Source of the DNA: Takakia lepidozioides | Lineage: Eukaryota > Plantae > Bryophyta | DNA: 64,000 nt | NCBI GenBank assembly: GCA_030704615.1 | Contig: CM060732.1 | Location: 80,166,001-80,230,000, forward strand | Direction of reading: 5' to 3' | Shown here: positions 48,301 through 61,165 of the stretch, in pieces | Numbering within the stretch: the first letter of the stretch is position 1 | Layout: each line of letters opens with the position of its first letter | Program-made: the position numbers and the translations under genes | The notes under the pieces: model-generated | What the model was told of the DNA's origin: nothing | Seen by the model: only the letters and a program-made list of their open reading frames with translations | The model's database searches: none

Positions 48301-51300
48301 TTTGCAGTTTGAACAAGTACCGTCCGTGGCACCTTTTTGCAGCTTTCTAGTTTCTTCCCATTATCTTCCTATCTTATGCTCTGTTCACAAGACCCTGTCT
48401 TGTCAGTCTAAACTTTTGTTCATTGTTTGGGGCAGAGAGACGCAGGATCAACGGCTTCAACATCTACAATTTCTCTCATGAAAGCAAATGGTAGTGTGCT
48501 GAGGCAAGTCGAGCTGAGAGATGGCAAAGAAGGCCCAGAGAAGCTGGTGGACAACAGCAAGACAGACAAAGGGGGAGCAGCAAAAGATGCAGTTTCAGAG
48601 AGGCTGGCACAAATTTACAAGCGATTAGAGCAAATTGATGCCTATTCAGCAGAATCAAGGGCTGCATCAATTCTTGCTGTGAGTTGCTCTACCTTACGTT
48701 ATTCTCCTTGAGGTTCCACTAGACTCATGCAACATGAATGTAAGATGTCCCTAAATACAGGTCTTGGAGATGAATGTGATGCGTCCTATTCATTTTCAGG
48801 AGAAGCTTATCTCCTGCTGTACCAGAACTATTCTTTGATCAGGATCAAATTGCCAATTGCATTGCAGGGCTTGAGTTTTACAGCTGACATGCAACGGCAA
48901 CCAACCAAGACATTCTCAGGTGGTTGGCGGATGCGCGTGGCCCTGGCCAGGGCTTTGTTCATTGAGCCTGACCTTCTTCTTCTGGATGAACCCACGGTAA
49001 CCTTGAAATGACTGGTTTGCCTTGATAGTACACATCCTGCATAACCTGCTCTTTCAGTTTGTTGATTTGAACCTGTAGGTGGTCTGCTTGCACCCGCTGA
49101 CCTGACACCCTGAACTGTCATAGTTCTCCTCTCAGTTCTCTATTTAAAATCTCCTCTGACTTGTGTGGGGGAGTGAAGGTCAAATTAGGGTCACAATTAT
49201 TAGGTCCCCGATTGTTTGTTTTTTAAGCAACTTCTTACGACGATTATTTGAATACTACATGGTGAATCATTTCATTTAATCATGAGGTGAACGTGGCTTT
49301 AGGTTGTAAAATATATGCAAGTCTATACTTTGCCAACCCACTTATGCTACACAGTACCTAGGACAGGTGCCTGCTCCTTGAACGTCGTCAAGGAGTATTG
49401 GCTGGATAGATAAGAAATGTTAGTCGGATAGTAGTCATTTTGGGGGATCCTTCCCTTATCTGATGGTGTGTGCTCGCCGCACAGAACCATTTGGACTTGC
49501 ATGCAGTGCTATGGCTGGAGACTTATTTGGTGAAATGGCCGAAGACGCTTATTGTTGTCTCTCACGCTCGCGAGTTCCTCAACTCGGTCTGTGGATCCAG
49601 CTGTTTTTTGTTCTGATTTTGTTGTACATTAGCCATGAAATGCATGGAATGATCAATGATGATACCATGTGTTTGTATGCTTCCAGATGTGACGTCCTTC
49701 AGTTTATTGTTGATTAGATTTTCCTGGATGAACAAAAATTTGATTGTGGAGCTTCTTTGACTTCACTGGCTGTGTGCAAACTTTTCCTGTCTGGACTTTT
49801 ATCCGATCGTTGTCAGTTTTGTATAGAATCACCATAGAAAATGTGCTAAGGAAATGGTCACTTCCATAGTTGCTAGTTTCATATCGCAATATGCTCGTTT
49901 CAAATTCAACGTTCTTGATCACTAAATGATGACAGTAAGGGTGCTGTGTGGTGCAGGTAGTCACTGACATACTGCTTTTGCATGGGCAAAAGATTGTCAC
50001 CTATAAAGGTGATTATGACACCTTTGAGCGTACCCGTGATGAGCGCCTCCGAAATCAACAGAAGGCCTTCGAATCAAATGAACGGACTCGTAGCCACATC
50101 CAGGTGGGCATTTGTCACAGTTCTTAGCTGAGAGTGTCCCATTGTGTTATTTCATGTCTGTTTAGCCTGAATTTGTTCGCTTCTTTACCTCCTGCACACA
50201 TGTTTTCAGTCTTATTTCTGAGTGGCTCTCTTAGTTCCAAATGCGGATGTTGTCATCTACTCCAATCAGAATTAATTAACCATAAACAACCATTGTTTGC
50301 TGTTGAAATTTTTGTTTGCAGGCTTTTGTTGATAAGTTTCGGTACAATGCTAAGCGAGCAGCCCTTGTGCAATCCAGAATCAAGGTACTGAAACTGGCAG
50401 TAGATTAAAGATGGAATCCGCAATGATGACCAGCTGTCTTGCAAACCTCATTATGTGCATAGGCATACCTGTGGTTTTTTCACAGTATGCAAGCAATGCT
50501 CTTTTATGCATTATTTGCTTGTAGATCTCTCAGGAGCTCAACATCGTGTATAGAGAGGTAGAGGGAGATTGAATATTTGCGGCTTTTAGTGCTGTGTCAG
50601 CTATCTAATCTATTATGATGCCATAGGGTGGAATTCCACAGTTTGGTTATTACTTGCTGGAACTTTGATAGCATTCTGAAACAAATGTGGATATGACCAG
50701 GCCTTGGAGCGGATTGGTCATGTCGATGCTGTTGTCAATGATCCAGAGTGAGTGCTTTCTATGTTGCCTTCCGTTTGTTTCTCCTCTATAGCATTTTTAA
50801 ATGAAAAAAGGACGGGTGGCAATGATGTCTCTGACCTGAAGGCTTCGGCAACGCTTTACTTGGTTGTGGTCTTACTTCAGAGATATTCAACATGGATTAA
50901 AGGGGAAGTAGGTTGTGTGTGGTTCCATTGCTCTCCTTTGCAACACAATGAAGTCTTGCATGGGACCCCCTTTTGCCTTCATCAATGGACATGGTGGTCA
51001 ATCCTGAAGTATACTACAGTTTGTGGCCTCTTTGAGTGCTCGTGTGAGGGCTCTCCATTAATATGGCCGTGTTTTGCAGCTACAAGTTTGAGTTCCCAAC
51101 GCCTGAGGACAGACCATCTGCACCGATTATCAGTTTCAGGTAAGCCATATTTTCATTTGTTCATCCTCTGTCTCCCTCTCCTTGGGCTTTTTCAAAAATT
51201 TCTCCTTATATTTCCCTCTATCTCTTGGCCTCCTGTGGACTTGTGAATGGATATTTTCTTTCTTGGCAGTGAATGTTACACAGTTTCTTTCTTTCTTTCA

Positions 51301-54300
51301 TTTCTTATATTGTCTATATAAATTCCACTTGTAGCCAGAAACAGGAGAGGGACACTAGACCAACCTTCATCAAGCAATAACCTCAATCTTGGTAAATGAG
51401 GCCAGAGGCAGCAACCAGAGCAGCCTTCTTAGTGCAGTAAAGCCAGCAGAGAGTGATTGAACTAACCAACGTCGCAGAGTGGGAAGATTGCGACACTTAC
51501 ACCTGATAAGGCCAAGTCAGACGGAGTTTACATGGTGAATGACTGGTAAAACAGCAGTGATCCACACCATGATGTGTTCATTGTCATCACAGGCTATGTC
51601 CAGCTTTTCCCACATATGAACTGCTCTGTATGTTCTGCACTGTATCTTGGCTGATTTGGGCTGTATCTCTGCACCTTCTCAGTGATGCCTCATTTGGTTA
51701 TCCGGGTGGTCCAACTCTGTTTAAGAACCTCAACTTTGGAATTGACCTTGACAGCCGCTTGGCCAGTAAGTACTTCTCTTCACTTTTTTCTTGCAATTGG
51801 CTACAAGCATGTATTTCATGTCCTTGGTCATTTCTCAGCTTGATTTGTTTTGGCCACAGTGGCTGCTGGTAGATGCTGGGAAAAGTACAAGTCTGCCTAG
51901 TCTTTCGGTGGAAGCTTGGAATATAAGAACGTAGCTCAAAATAGCGGCTGAACCAGCTTGTTTGGTGCAGAGCTTCTTATATCAAAGGCTTTTGCAATCC
52001 AAATGTGATACAAGAAGTACGTCGATCAGATTCTCATCTTTCATCCTTTCTGATAAGATTTAACATGTTTGTGCTCACAATGCTTTGACAGTGGTGGGGC
52101 CAAATGGTATCGGGAAGTCAACACTCTTGAAATTGATATCAGGGGAGCTAGAGCCCACTTCAGGGACTGTTTTTTGCTCAGCAAAGGTGATTGTCTCATG
52201 TTGCATGCAGCATCAACAAGTTGTTTTCAAGGGGCGTTTTCTTATATTCTAATCCAATTTTTTCAGTAAAAGAGGATGTGGGAAAATTAGCATTTGACCT
52301 GACTTGGTTGAGAAATTGGGGAGTGTTTGTAGGTTCGGATGGCAGTGTTCAGTCAGCACCATGTTGATGGACTTGATCTCTCCTCAACACCACTTCTTTA
52401 CATGTCTCATCAGTTCCCTGTAAGCCAGCTTACTTCCCCTTAACTTCTGTCTGTTTCTGTGTTTCTGTCTTTTCTCTAACTCTGTTTTTCTCTTCTTTTT
52501 TCTTTTGTTGTACATCCCTCCCCTATATAGCCATGGAGGTGAGCTGCCTCAGTAGGGTAGAACCCCACCACCAACATCAAGAAGATGAGCATCCGTTGGG
52601 ACGATGCCCTCTAGTGTGTAAAGGTCAGGTGAAACATATGCAGACCTATCAAAAGGTCATAACTCTGATGTATGTTCATACCCCTAACGAAGTTCCCCAA
52701 CAGTCTCTGGAGGGCTTTAATGATCTTCTGTTGTATGTGTCATTGTAGGGTGTGCTGGAGCAAAAGCTACGTGCGCATCTGGGGTCCTTTGGTATCACGG
52801 GAAATCTTGCTCTGCAGCCCATGTACACCCTCTCAGGTATATTTTTCTTCTCTCTCTCTCTCTCTGCCCCCAGGCCAGGAAATGGGCAGGACCTCAGATA
52901 GGAACTCGGTCATGAAAACCGCCCTTAAGTTCCACTTCATAATGCCAAGAAAGAGCTAGACAGGCACACTAGATCAGCAACCTGGAGAGGACTGCAAGTT
53001 CTAGCCAATCTCAAGAATACTGACCCATCATTCTTCCAATGTGAAATTACGGGTTTTCTTTCTGTCTAACTCTCTCTCTCTCTGTGACACTACTGGAGTG
53101 AGCCCCTCACAAAGGTAGTATCTGTTCTCTTTTGTTCCGCCCAAACTGGGTATGGGGTCTATGGCCACAATGCTATGGCAAACTCTCTCTCTCTGCACGA
53201 GGCCTTCACCCTTAGACAATCAGTCGAGCCATAGTTTTTTATTCTTGGCTCTGGTTTTGTTTCCTCTCTCATGTCTTCTTCCATTTTGTCCCATAAGCTC
53301 TATGAGCTTTCCGCGGACGTTATAAAGCACCATTTCATTGTGCCAATATCCATTTTCTAATACAATGTCTGGGTCATTAGCGAGTGACCCTCTTCAGGAA
53401 CATCAAGAACAATAGTCCCTGCATCTCTGTTCACCAAGTTTAAAAATCTCAAGGCTGAGCCTAAAGCTCTGGGCCCTGTTGGTCTAATTGTTGGGCACCT
53501 CACTCACAGCAGATTGCTGCTTATGTGAAGGGATTTCTAGAGGAAATCTAAAAAGCCCAAACAAATTGCTGATGTCACAGTTAAGTCCCACGAGTGAGCC
53601 CTTCGCAAAGGTAGTGTCTGTTCCCTTTTGTTCCGCCCAAACTGGGCACTTGATCTGTTGCCAGAAGTCTACAGCAAGTGACCTCCTATGAGTACATTCT
53701 CTCTGTTTTGTTCTACTGTGTGCCATGGACCCTCTGGCCTCCCATGGAAGTAGTAAATTTCATTCATATCTTCTGTCTGTCTCTCTCTGAGAGGCGCGCT
53801 GACTCTCTACTATTTTCAAGGTTTCAGATGTTATGATGGTTTCTTTCGTTGTTCTGCCATTGGAGGATGCTAAGAAAAGGTGTCTTCATTGATATCTACC
53901 TAAAATGCCTCTATACCACTTCACCACAAATTTTGAGAGTGTGGTTCAGCCAAGTAAAGATTCAGGCATTCAAAAGATGTCAGTCTCTGTTGAGTGTCCT
54001 TTGGAAGCCAGGTGTTTCCCATTACTCAAGACTATATCACCATTCAGATGGTTTAAATGCTTCACTTTCAATTTGAGGACTATCAACTATGGGTTTTTTA
54101 CTGTTGATTTTGCAGTGGGTGATTAAACCAGTGGTTGGCTGGGCTTTCTGTGCAGGGGGGCAAAAGAGTAGGGTCGCTTTTGCAAAGATAACATTCAACA
54201 AGCCTCATATTTTACTGCTTGACGAGCCATCCAATCATCTTGTAATTTCTCTCCCATCTCTCCCTTCCTCTCTCTCCTCTCTCTCCCTCCATCCCTCCCA

Positions 54301-55932
54301 TCTCTCCCTTCCCTTTAGAATGTCTGGCATTGCTTTTTCCAGCCAAACAGTCAGATCATTATGGAATCTCCAGTGTGAGATCATGATGAGGGGCTTCATT
54401 ATGGTTGGTTGGGAGGAAAAGAGCAATTTTTTGTTTTTCTTCTTCATTTTTGGGGGTTCAATTACACGCGGTATGGATACTGAAGTTCCTGGTCATTGTA
54501 GAGGCCAGCATACAATACTGCAGGAGAACAGGACGACTGTTGTTTCAGCATAATTTTCCTCAGCCTGGGTCACCTGCCTCAAGTCATCTGAGTCGCTGTT
54601 AGGTATAGCTAGTGTGTTAACTTGGAAAAGCGAGGCACATTAGATGGTCCTGGATCCAGATCTGCACAAATCTATGTTGGGTGCTACTATACAGGAGACT
54701 CGGCTGCAAAGTTGGTTCTTTCACAAATTCACCAATAACTCAGTTTTAAAAAAAAAAGAGAATGTGAACGCTTTGCTTAAGCAAATGTAACTTTGTGGTG
54801 TCACTTGCTACTGCCTTCCAGTGGGAAGGGTGGACACCTTTATGACATCTAACATGTGGTTTGAACCCACAACCACTAGTGAGGCGGCTTGTGCCCTTAC
54901 CACTGGGCTAAATGTTGGTTGTCATCTCGGCTTACTGATGGTCACCCTCGTGGGGTATCATAACTAGCGGTAGCTCTGCGAGCAGCTGGGAATCTGTGCC
55001 ATATGAACATTGTAGAGGTTCCCAGTGTCTCATGGAACTAACATTGTTATAGTTCCTAAGGTTCACCTAGTCAGATGACTTTTCATTCGATGTCTTCTCA
55101 TTTACTGTCTAGTTACTGCTGATATTTTACCCACCTGGATGTCCACAGGATCTGGATGCAGTGGAGGCCCTTATTCAAGGACTGGCACTCTTCCAAGGAG
55201 GTGTACTAATGGTATGTTTGCGTTCGTTCTTCCTTGTGTTCCCTTCGTTGCTCTCAGCTTATTGTGTGTAGTAGTTTCATAGCGAATCTCCGAACAAAAC
55301 CTCCCTTGGACCCAAAAGCTTGTCAGATGTAGTTACTAGGAGATAAGAATAATATAACTGGATATGTACTTCTGCCATTCCCTGCGAACATTAGCTTGCC
55401 GTAGCCTTACAGCCTTTGACCCCGCAGGAAAGTAACCCTCCTGGAGCCGTTTGTGGGGGTCGCACCCACCAGGGTATAGCTTATCCCTGCAGCTCAGCTG
55501 CAGATAGAAAATTATTTTCCGGCAACTGCCATTAAGGTGCTCAGAGAGGCACTTGTCCGCATGCAAACTTGACAGCCCAGTTGCAGGGTGATACATGTAT
55601 AGAGCGGGTTCTTAAGAGACAATCAGACCCCATGTGTAGGAGGCATGAGGTCATATAGGGAGAAAGGCATCATCAGATGATGCTTATTTTGGCCTTACAT
55701 TAAAAGATTCTGCTCCTACTCTGGACAAACTACAGAATGAGATATGTGGCTTTGGAAGACGGTGTAGGTTGAGGGGTGGGATCCTCATTATTAAGTGTGG
55801 CATCTGCAGGTAAGTCATGATGAGCATCTCATATCAGGAAGTGTTGACGAACTGTGGGTTATCAATGATGGAAAGGCCACCCCAATCCATGGGACTTTCA
55901 CCGAATACAAGAAAACTCTCCGAATTGTGTAA
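45358..55932 (+). CDS. ABCF3: ABC transporter F family member 3 (GCN20-like), 18 exons
   Basis: N-terminus VYEVLG..DYIVNVL..FDFG..GEGAF; two NBDs ([24 protein letters not shown]; [27 protein letters not shown]). Exons: 45358-45576, 46636-46851, 47346-47538, 48016-48221, 48436-48678, 48868-48996, 49485-49586, 49957-50103, 50322-50384, 50701-50747, 51080-51139, 51683-51765, 52092-52186, 52333-52419, 52749-52836, 54156-54241, 55149-55211, 55810-55932. Confidence 0.95.
53090..53700 (+). mobile_element. Two LINE 3'-end fragments in an ABCF3 intron (family of 22610..23330)
   Basis: TCTCAAGGCTGAGCC..GTGAAGGGATTTCTAGAGGA matches 23083..23182; GGGGTCTATGGCCACAATGCTATGGCAAAC matches 23291..23320. Confidence 0.7.
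54748..54920 (-). mobile_element. tRNA-derived SINE with a poly(T) tail
   Basis: On the minus strand: A box TAGCCCAGTGG, B box GGTTCAAACC, body ..GACACCACAAAGTTAC.., terminal T10. Related copies occur elsewhere in the window. Confidence 0.7.
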
Positions 55933-57593
55933 CGGACGACTTCTCATTCTCAGGCCCTCAAGGTGTCTTCTCTACTGTCCAGAGTTTCTAATCAAAAGCC
56001 TATTCCATTCCATTCGAGGCGCACTAAAAGTGAGGTATTTTAGTTTTGATTTCTAGTACATGAATTCATGTCAAATTGGAAGTTGATTGTTGCCTTGTCT
56101 TGACTTGGTTGTTTGCCATGACTCCAATGTTGCTGGGTGAACTTCCCACTGCCGGATGGTTCGCCAATCAGTCCTAATAAATAGTAAGGTACCACACCCG
56201 ATCAGTTTTTTTGTGAAAGGAGTACAAATATCGCTAACCACTCCATGTGTCCCCTTTCTTTGTGTTCCACAGATTTCTGGTTTGGTTCTAAGGAAAATCC
56301 TGGAGGGCAGGGACCCATTGATTTAGAATAGTCTAAAAAGTTCGGCTAGGCCTAGAGGGGCGTACACAATTTCAATCCTGGGAATGGCTTGTATTTTTAG
56401 CCTTTCGACTTCCTCCCTTCACTTCTACTAGTTCTTAGGAGGCATAATCATTTGGTGTTGTTAGGGAAGAGGCAGTTCTCTCAGAAGAGATTTCTTGGTC
56501 CCTAAGATTTCTAATTGCATAATTCTTCATGTAATTGAGAGTATAAAAGGACAATAATCTTTTGGTGGGGCAGATTGCATTTACCTTAATGGTGTCCCAA
56601 TTCATCCGAAGTGATGGATGCAGTGTTTTTTTTTTTTCTGGCTAAAAATTCGTCAGATTTCGACCTGGAAAATGGGTTGGCCACTCGTGCGAAGGAATTA
56701 TGGGAGGGGGGCTAAAATCCAAAAAACCTCGCCTAAAAGCAACTAGAGTTTAATATTAGAAGCCTGATTTTGCCATGTGGCTTAGAAGCGTGCCACCTGT
56801 CATATAGCCATTTTTCTAACCCTGGCACCTCGTTATTATTGCCACATGGGCTCTAGGAAGAATTCACATGTGGCCCCTATGGCGATTTTGGAAATGAAAA
56901 AGAATACGCATCCATCATGGATGTGAGAATTAATAGAATGGATGAACAAACAGAACTGTTTAGTTGGCATTGTCTTGAAAGCAAATTTTCTTTTTCAAGA
57001 AGAAAAATCACTCGATACTACTATGATCAGTACGAATACTTCGATCAGTATATTTTCTCTTCTTGTCAACAAATCAACCATCAAAATTGTTAATCTCATA
57101 AGAAAAGGGGTGAAAAAACCATCTTCATGGTCTTTTCGTGGACGGTCGCCATCCATTGTCATCACAAGTGGTGGACAAGAGCATTGGCAGTTGAGGTTGA
57201 AAAAAGCATATTTGTTTTTATACATTGGTATCAAACACCTACCTCTCATCAGTCAAACCACAGCCTACTATAAGTATTTTCTTTAGAGCCCTCGAATTCC
57301 ATCTTTATGATTTGTAATACTTTCATTGTTTTTGGTGCAGAAGCATACAGTGTACCAGACAATTCACACTTTATGGAAGGTGTGGAGGCCGGTGAACTGC
57401 CGCTACAAAAAACATGGGCTATGGTAGTACAAATAGTCCATACACACATAGTCGTTCTGAACTGAACTGTGGGTGGGGGTGTGCATGTGGAAATAGCGAC
57501 GTGCACTAGGTCAACAGGTTTCACCCATCACTCTTCACTTGAACAACATTGGAGAAGGTCACTCCACCAGCTATGAGTGGAGATTAAAATTTT

Positions 57594-57770
57594 AAAAAAA
57601 TGTGGACTCTTGCATGAGCAAACTTGACTTATGGTGTCAGTGACCCCAAAGGACTATTGCCTTCCGATTGGAAAGTAGACACCTTTATGACATCCAACAC
57701 ACATATATGGTTTTCAACCCACAACCACTCTCTAGTGACATGGTTGTATGTTCCAATCAGTGACTTAGTG
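57594..57770 (-). mobile_element. Degenerate copy of the same SINE
   Basis: Shares ACTTATGGTGTC..TGCCTTCC..GACACCTTTATGACATC..AACCCACAACCACT with 54785..54880, preceded by an A-tract. Confidence 0.65.
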
Positions 57771-58499
57771 GAGATTCAATGTATTGATTATTGTTTGAGA
57801 AAATATTCAAAGTTCACAATCAGTTCATATATTTTTTTTTGTCAGTTTAGGGTTTCCTCACATCAATGGATATCAAGAGGTTATTTGTTGGCCCTGCCCG
57901 ACTGGTAGGGACTAGGCATCAAGTTGGCCAAAGTGACCTTAAGCATAGATCATGGGTTGTTCCTATGAAAATTAATGGGAACATGAAAGTTTTTAGTTCC
58001 CAGTTGGGCACATGTTACACTCACTTTTCATTCTTTTTGTTGGCCTTGAGCAGTGACTACATTAGTATGCATGCATCATGAAGTGCCTTATACCTTGGGA
58101 CCCCAGCTGGGCACATGCTCCTTATATTTTTGATGTGTTTCATTCATGGCTGATTGTCTATGTATATTCATCTATTCATAGATCAAATGATAATATGTGA
58201 GCCCACCCCCGGAAGTGGCAGCACCCACACGGGGAAGAGGCTCTTATTTACGCTAGCTTCGGCTTGCGTCATATATATATATATAGATATATCCATCCCA
58301 AGTGATCATAGGTTCCTCATGTTCTTTATGTGTTCTACTCAAGCCCACAATGCCATTTCTTTTTTTCCCCTCATTGCCAAAAGGGCAGGTAATAAGTTGT
58401 GAATGAGGACATATCTAATATGAAGATATATATGTAATATGCTATAATAAATAGTACATATATTTTAGTGTTTTTATTTAATTTTTGATTTTTTTAACG

Positions 58500-59200
58500 A
58501 TACGGGCATGGCCTAATTGAAGCATTCGCTTCTTCTGCCACTCAGTCTGTATGTTGGCGCCAATTTCTCTTCTTGATAGAAGAAGACCGATTTTGGGTTC
58601 TGGTCTTTCCACATGCGGACACTCTCCGCATCGTTGGCATGTTTTTTGAACGTTTGTCACGCCCTTTTCTCGGCCAGGTTGCGCACATCCTGCTCCAGCA
58701 AAAAATCGTCCCGTGTCCATGCATCCCCCAACTCGGTGTTGTTCATGACGTGCTCTTTATGTTCCATCATGATTTGGGCAACTAACAGGCCTCGGCACAG
58801 ACACTCCATGATCCATGGTTTCAATTCCTTGCTAATGTGTGGTGCATAGGCATGGCGAATGTTCCTGAACTCAACGGACTTCCCATGACAGGCATTCCCT
58901 TTCGCGTCTGTATGCTCCATATTGTTGTAGTACATGAGGACACAAATGTCGGGGGCGAGATAGCATTGCTGGACCTTGAAATAGCACTGGCAACCACGCT
59001 TGTAAGACTCTCCATATTTCGACTTCTTTCTCCTTGGGCCTTTATGAGGGTGAGATGTTCTAGCACCCACAAGAGGTCCTCCACGTTTCAGTTTGGGATC
59101 CTCCACTATCGCATTGTTGGTGCGCTTGTCATCTGGACCGTAGCAGCATTGATACTTGGACATAAAAATCACAATGGATATCCATCGACTTCTGGAAGCA
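58500..59200 (-). pseudogene. MULE-related (SWIM zinc-finger type) transposase, N-terminal fragment
   Basis: CCYGPDD..SYKRGCQCYF..H..GNACHG..APHIS..TRDDFL..DVRNL, then after a stop KKHANDAESVRMW..NPKSVFFYQE. Confidence 0.75.
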
Positions 59201-60269
59201 TAAAATCACAGAACGTGGGTACGAAAAATGGCAACAGATATGCAATCAGACTACAAAAGGACGATGAGGATGGAGCACACATGATAATGTTCAGAGAACT
59301 ACTGGCTCTCGGCTCTTTTAGCATGCCGGGTTGCACTTTAGTATGCTTGGCAAACAGAAGGCAATAACCCTTCAAGATTGATAAGACACCATAAGTTACG
59401 CTTGCTTCGACAAGGGTCTTCATTTGTGTTACATATGTTATAAGCTTAATCCATCATACAATATCTCAAAACACAAAAATATTTAAAGAGAGAATACACA
59501 ACAGTAAAATATCATACATTAAATAAATTAAATAACCACAAGTGCTATCTAAACTGAATTGAAATCCAACCTTATTACATTCAACGTTTTAATCCATCAA
59601 TTGAAAACTTGCAATAAATTGGTTCATGGTACTACTATAATGTAAGCATGGTATGGATGTTTACTTTTCATTTGTATATTATCTTCTTGAATCAGCTGTT
59701 TATGTCATACATCTATCAATTTATTAATAACTTCATTCAATCGATCTTATCTTTATAATTTTCTGATGTAAATCACGTCATTCGACTTACCAATCGATGT
59801 TGCATGAATGGGATTGTGCAACTTCACAAGTTAAATGGCTCAATATTCCACGATTTATTATTATTATTAATACCTGAATTAATTTTAATTATGTTATATA
59901 TTAAGTTTGGTCCGGATTTAAGCCAAAAGTCCGGAATTACTTAAAATAGTGTTTTACTATTAATTTATGATATTAAATAGAATGTTGTTAGTGATGGCAT
60001 AGTGTAGGGGCCACGTGTTGAGTAATGCTGTTGCTGATTTGATATGCCAAGGCTGTCCATTCTAGAACATGTAATCTTTCAATTGGACAGAGCATGAACA
60101 TGTCGTGATAATTTCCATTTCTTGATGATATTTGTCAACAGGTTGAATATCATCCAACCATGGTTACTCATTAAATTATTATTCTACACGACTTTTAATT
60201 GTTTTGTATTTTAACGTCTTTGCTAGTTGCGCAATGGCTCCTCTTTTGTGAACAGAGATATGTGTTTTC

Positions 60270-60980
60270 ATCTACAATTAGTTGAAACACTCATAAGATT
60301 ATGCAGTTATAAAATTTCATCGTCTTCTATGGTCACTTTGTCATCCATTGTTTTTCATCACTTGTACTATCAAAGAGGTGTGAATTGGGAAAGGTACAAC
60401 ATGATCAAACTGATTTCTGCATTGATGCTTAGTCAGACTCTGTCATCCGGATATCAACAGCATGATATCAACCAGATATCAATGTATCCGGACCTGGAAC
60501 TAACATTTTCTAGGATCCGGGTTAGATGCATAACCGGAGGATATGAGAATATGAAAAAAAGTAAAAAGAAATCTACACCCGATGTAATACCCGGCGGATA
60601 TCTGGCTAGTCCTCTTGCAAGGAGGAGCCAATAAAAGAGAGGGAAAAAGATAAAACTCTCAAAGTTATTGTTTTAAAACTATACACAATTATTAACAATC
60701 ATTTCCGCCCTCAAGGCCCACTTGCTGAGCCTGGTGTTTCCTTGGAGAAAAAAAAGGAAAAAAGAAAACAATCCGCTAACCGCGTAATGGCTTCTCCTTT
60801 GTCAATTGCCATATATAATTTCATCCAAAGCTTACTTGAACCACTCATAAAATTAGGCACTTATGTCACCTTATAAATTTCATCCTCTTCCGTGGTAGCT
60901 TTCATCCATTATTTTCAAAAACCAAGGAGGTGTTAAATGGGGAAGGTACAACATGATCAAATTGTTTCATGTAGAGATGC
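60270..60980. repeat. Dispersed direct repeat of ~150 bp (about 60270..60430 and 60830..60980)
   Basis: Both copies contain TATAAA(A)TTTCATC..TCATCCATT..GAGGTGT..GAAGGTACAACATGATCAAA. Confidence 0.6.
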
Positions 60981-61165
60981 ATAGGAAGTGAGGTGCCAAC
61001 AAGGCATGAGATACACGGAGGCCCTGCCATTGTTTTACTGATATGAAGTTTTATGGAATGATGCTAGGGCTAACAAGGTGTGACATACACTTAAGCCCTG
61101 TTGTTGACTAATTCGGTATTTAATAGCAGTGCATATACCGTGCACATATCAGTCTTTCACCTATA

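Noticed and set aside
56600-56960. Possible MITE-like repeat downstream of ABCF3
   Set aside because: It looks repeat-like, but no TIR pair, TSD or second copy could be shown in this window.
57620-59410. Inverted ACTTATGGTGTC motifs flanking the MULE fragment, read as TIRs
   Set aside because: The same motif is internal to the A/B-box SINE at 54748..54920 and also occurs at 63101, so these are SINE 3' parts.
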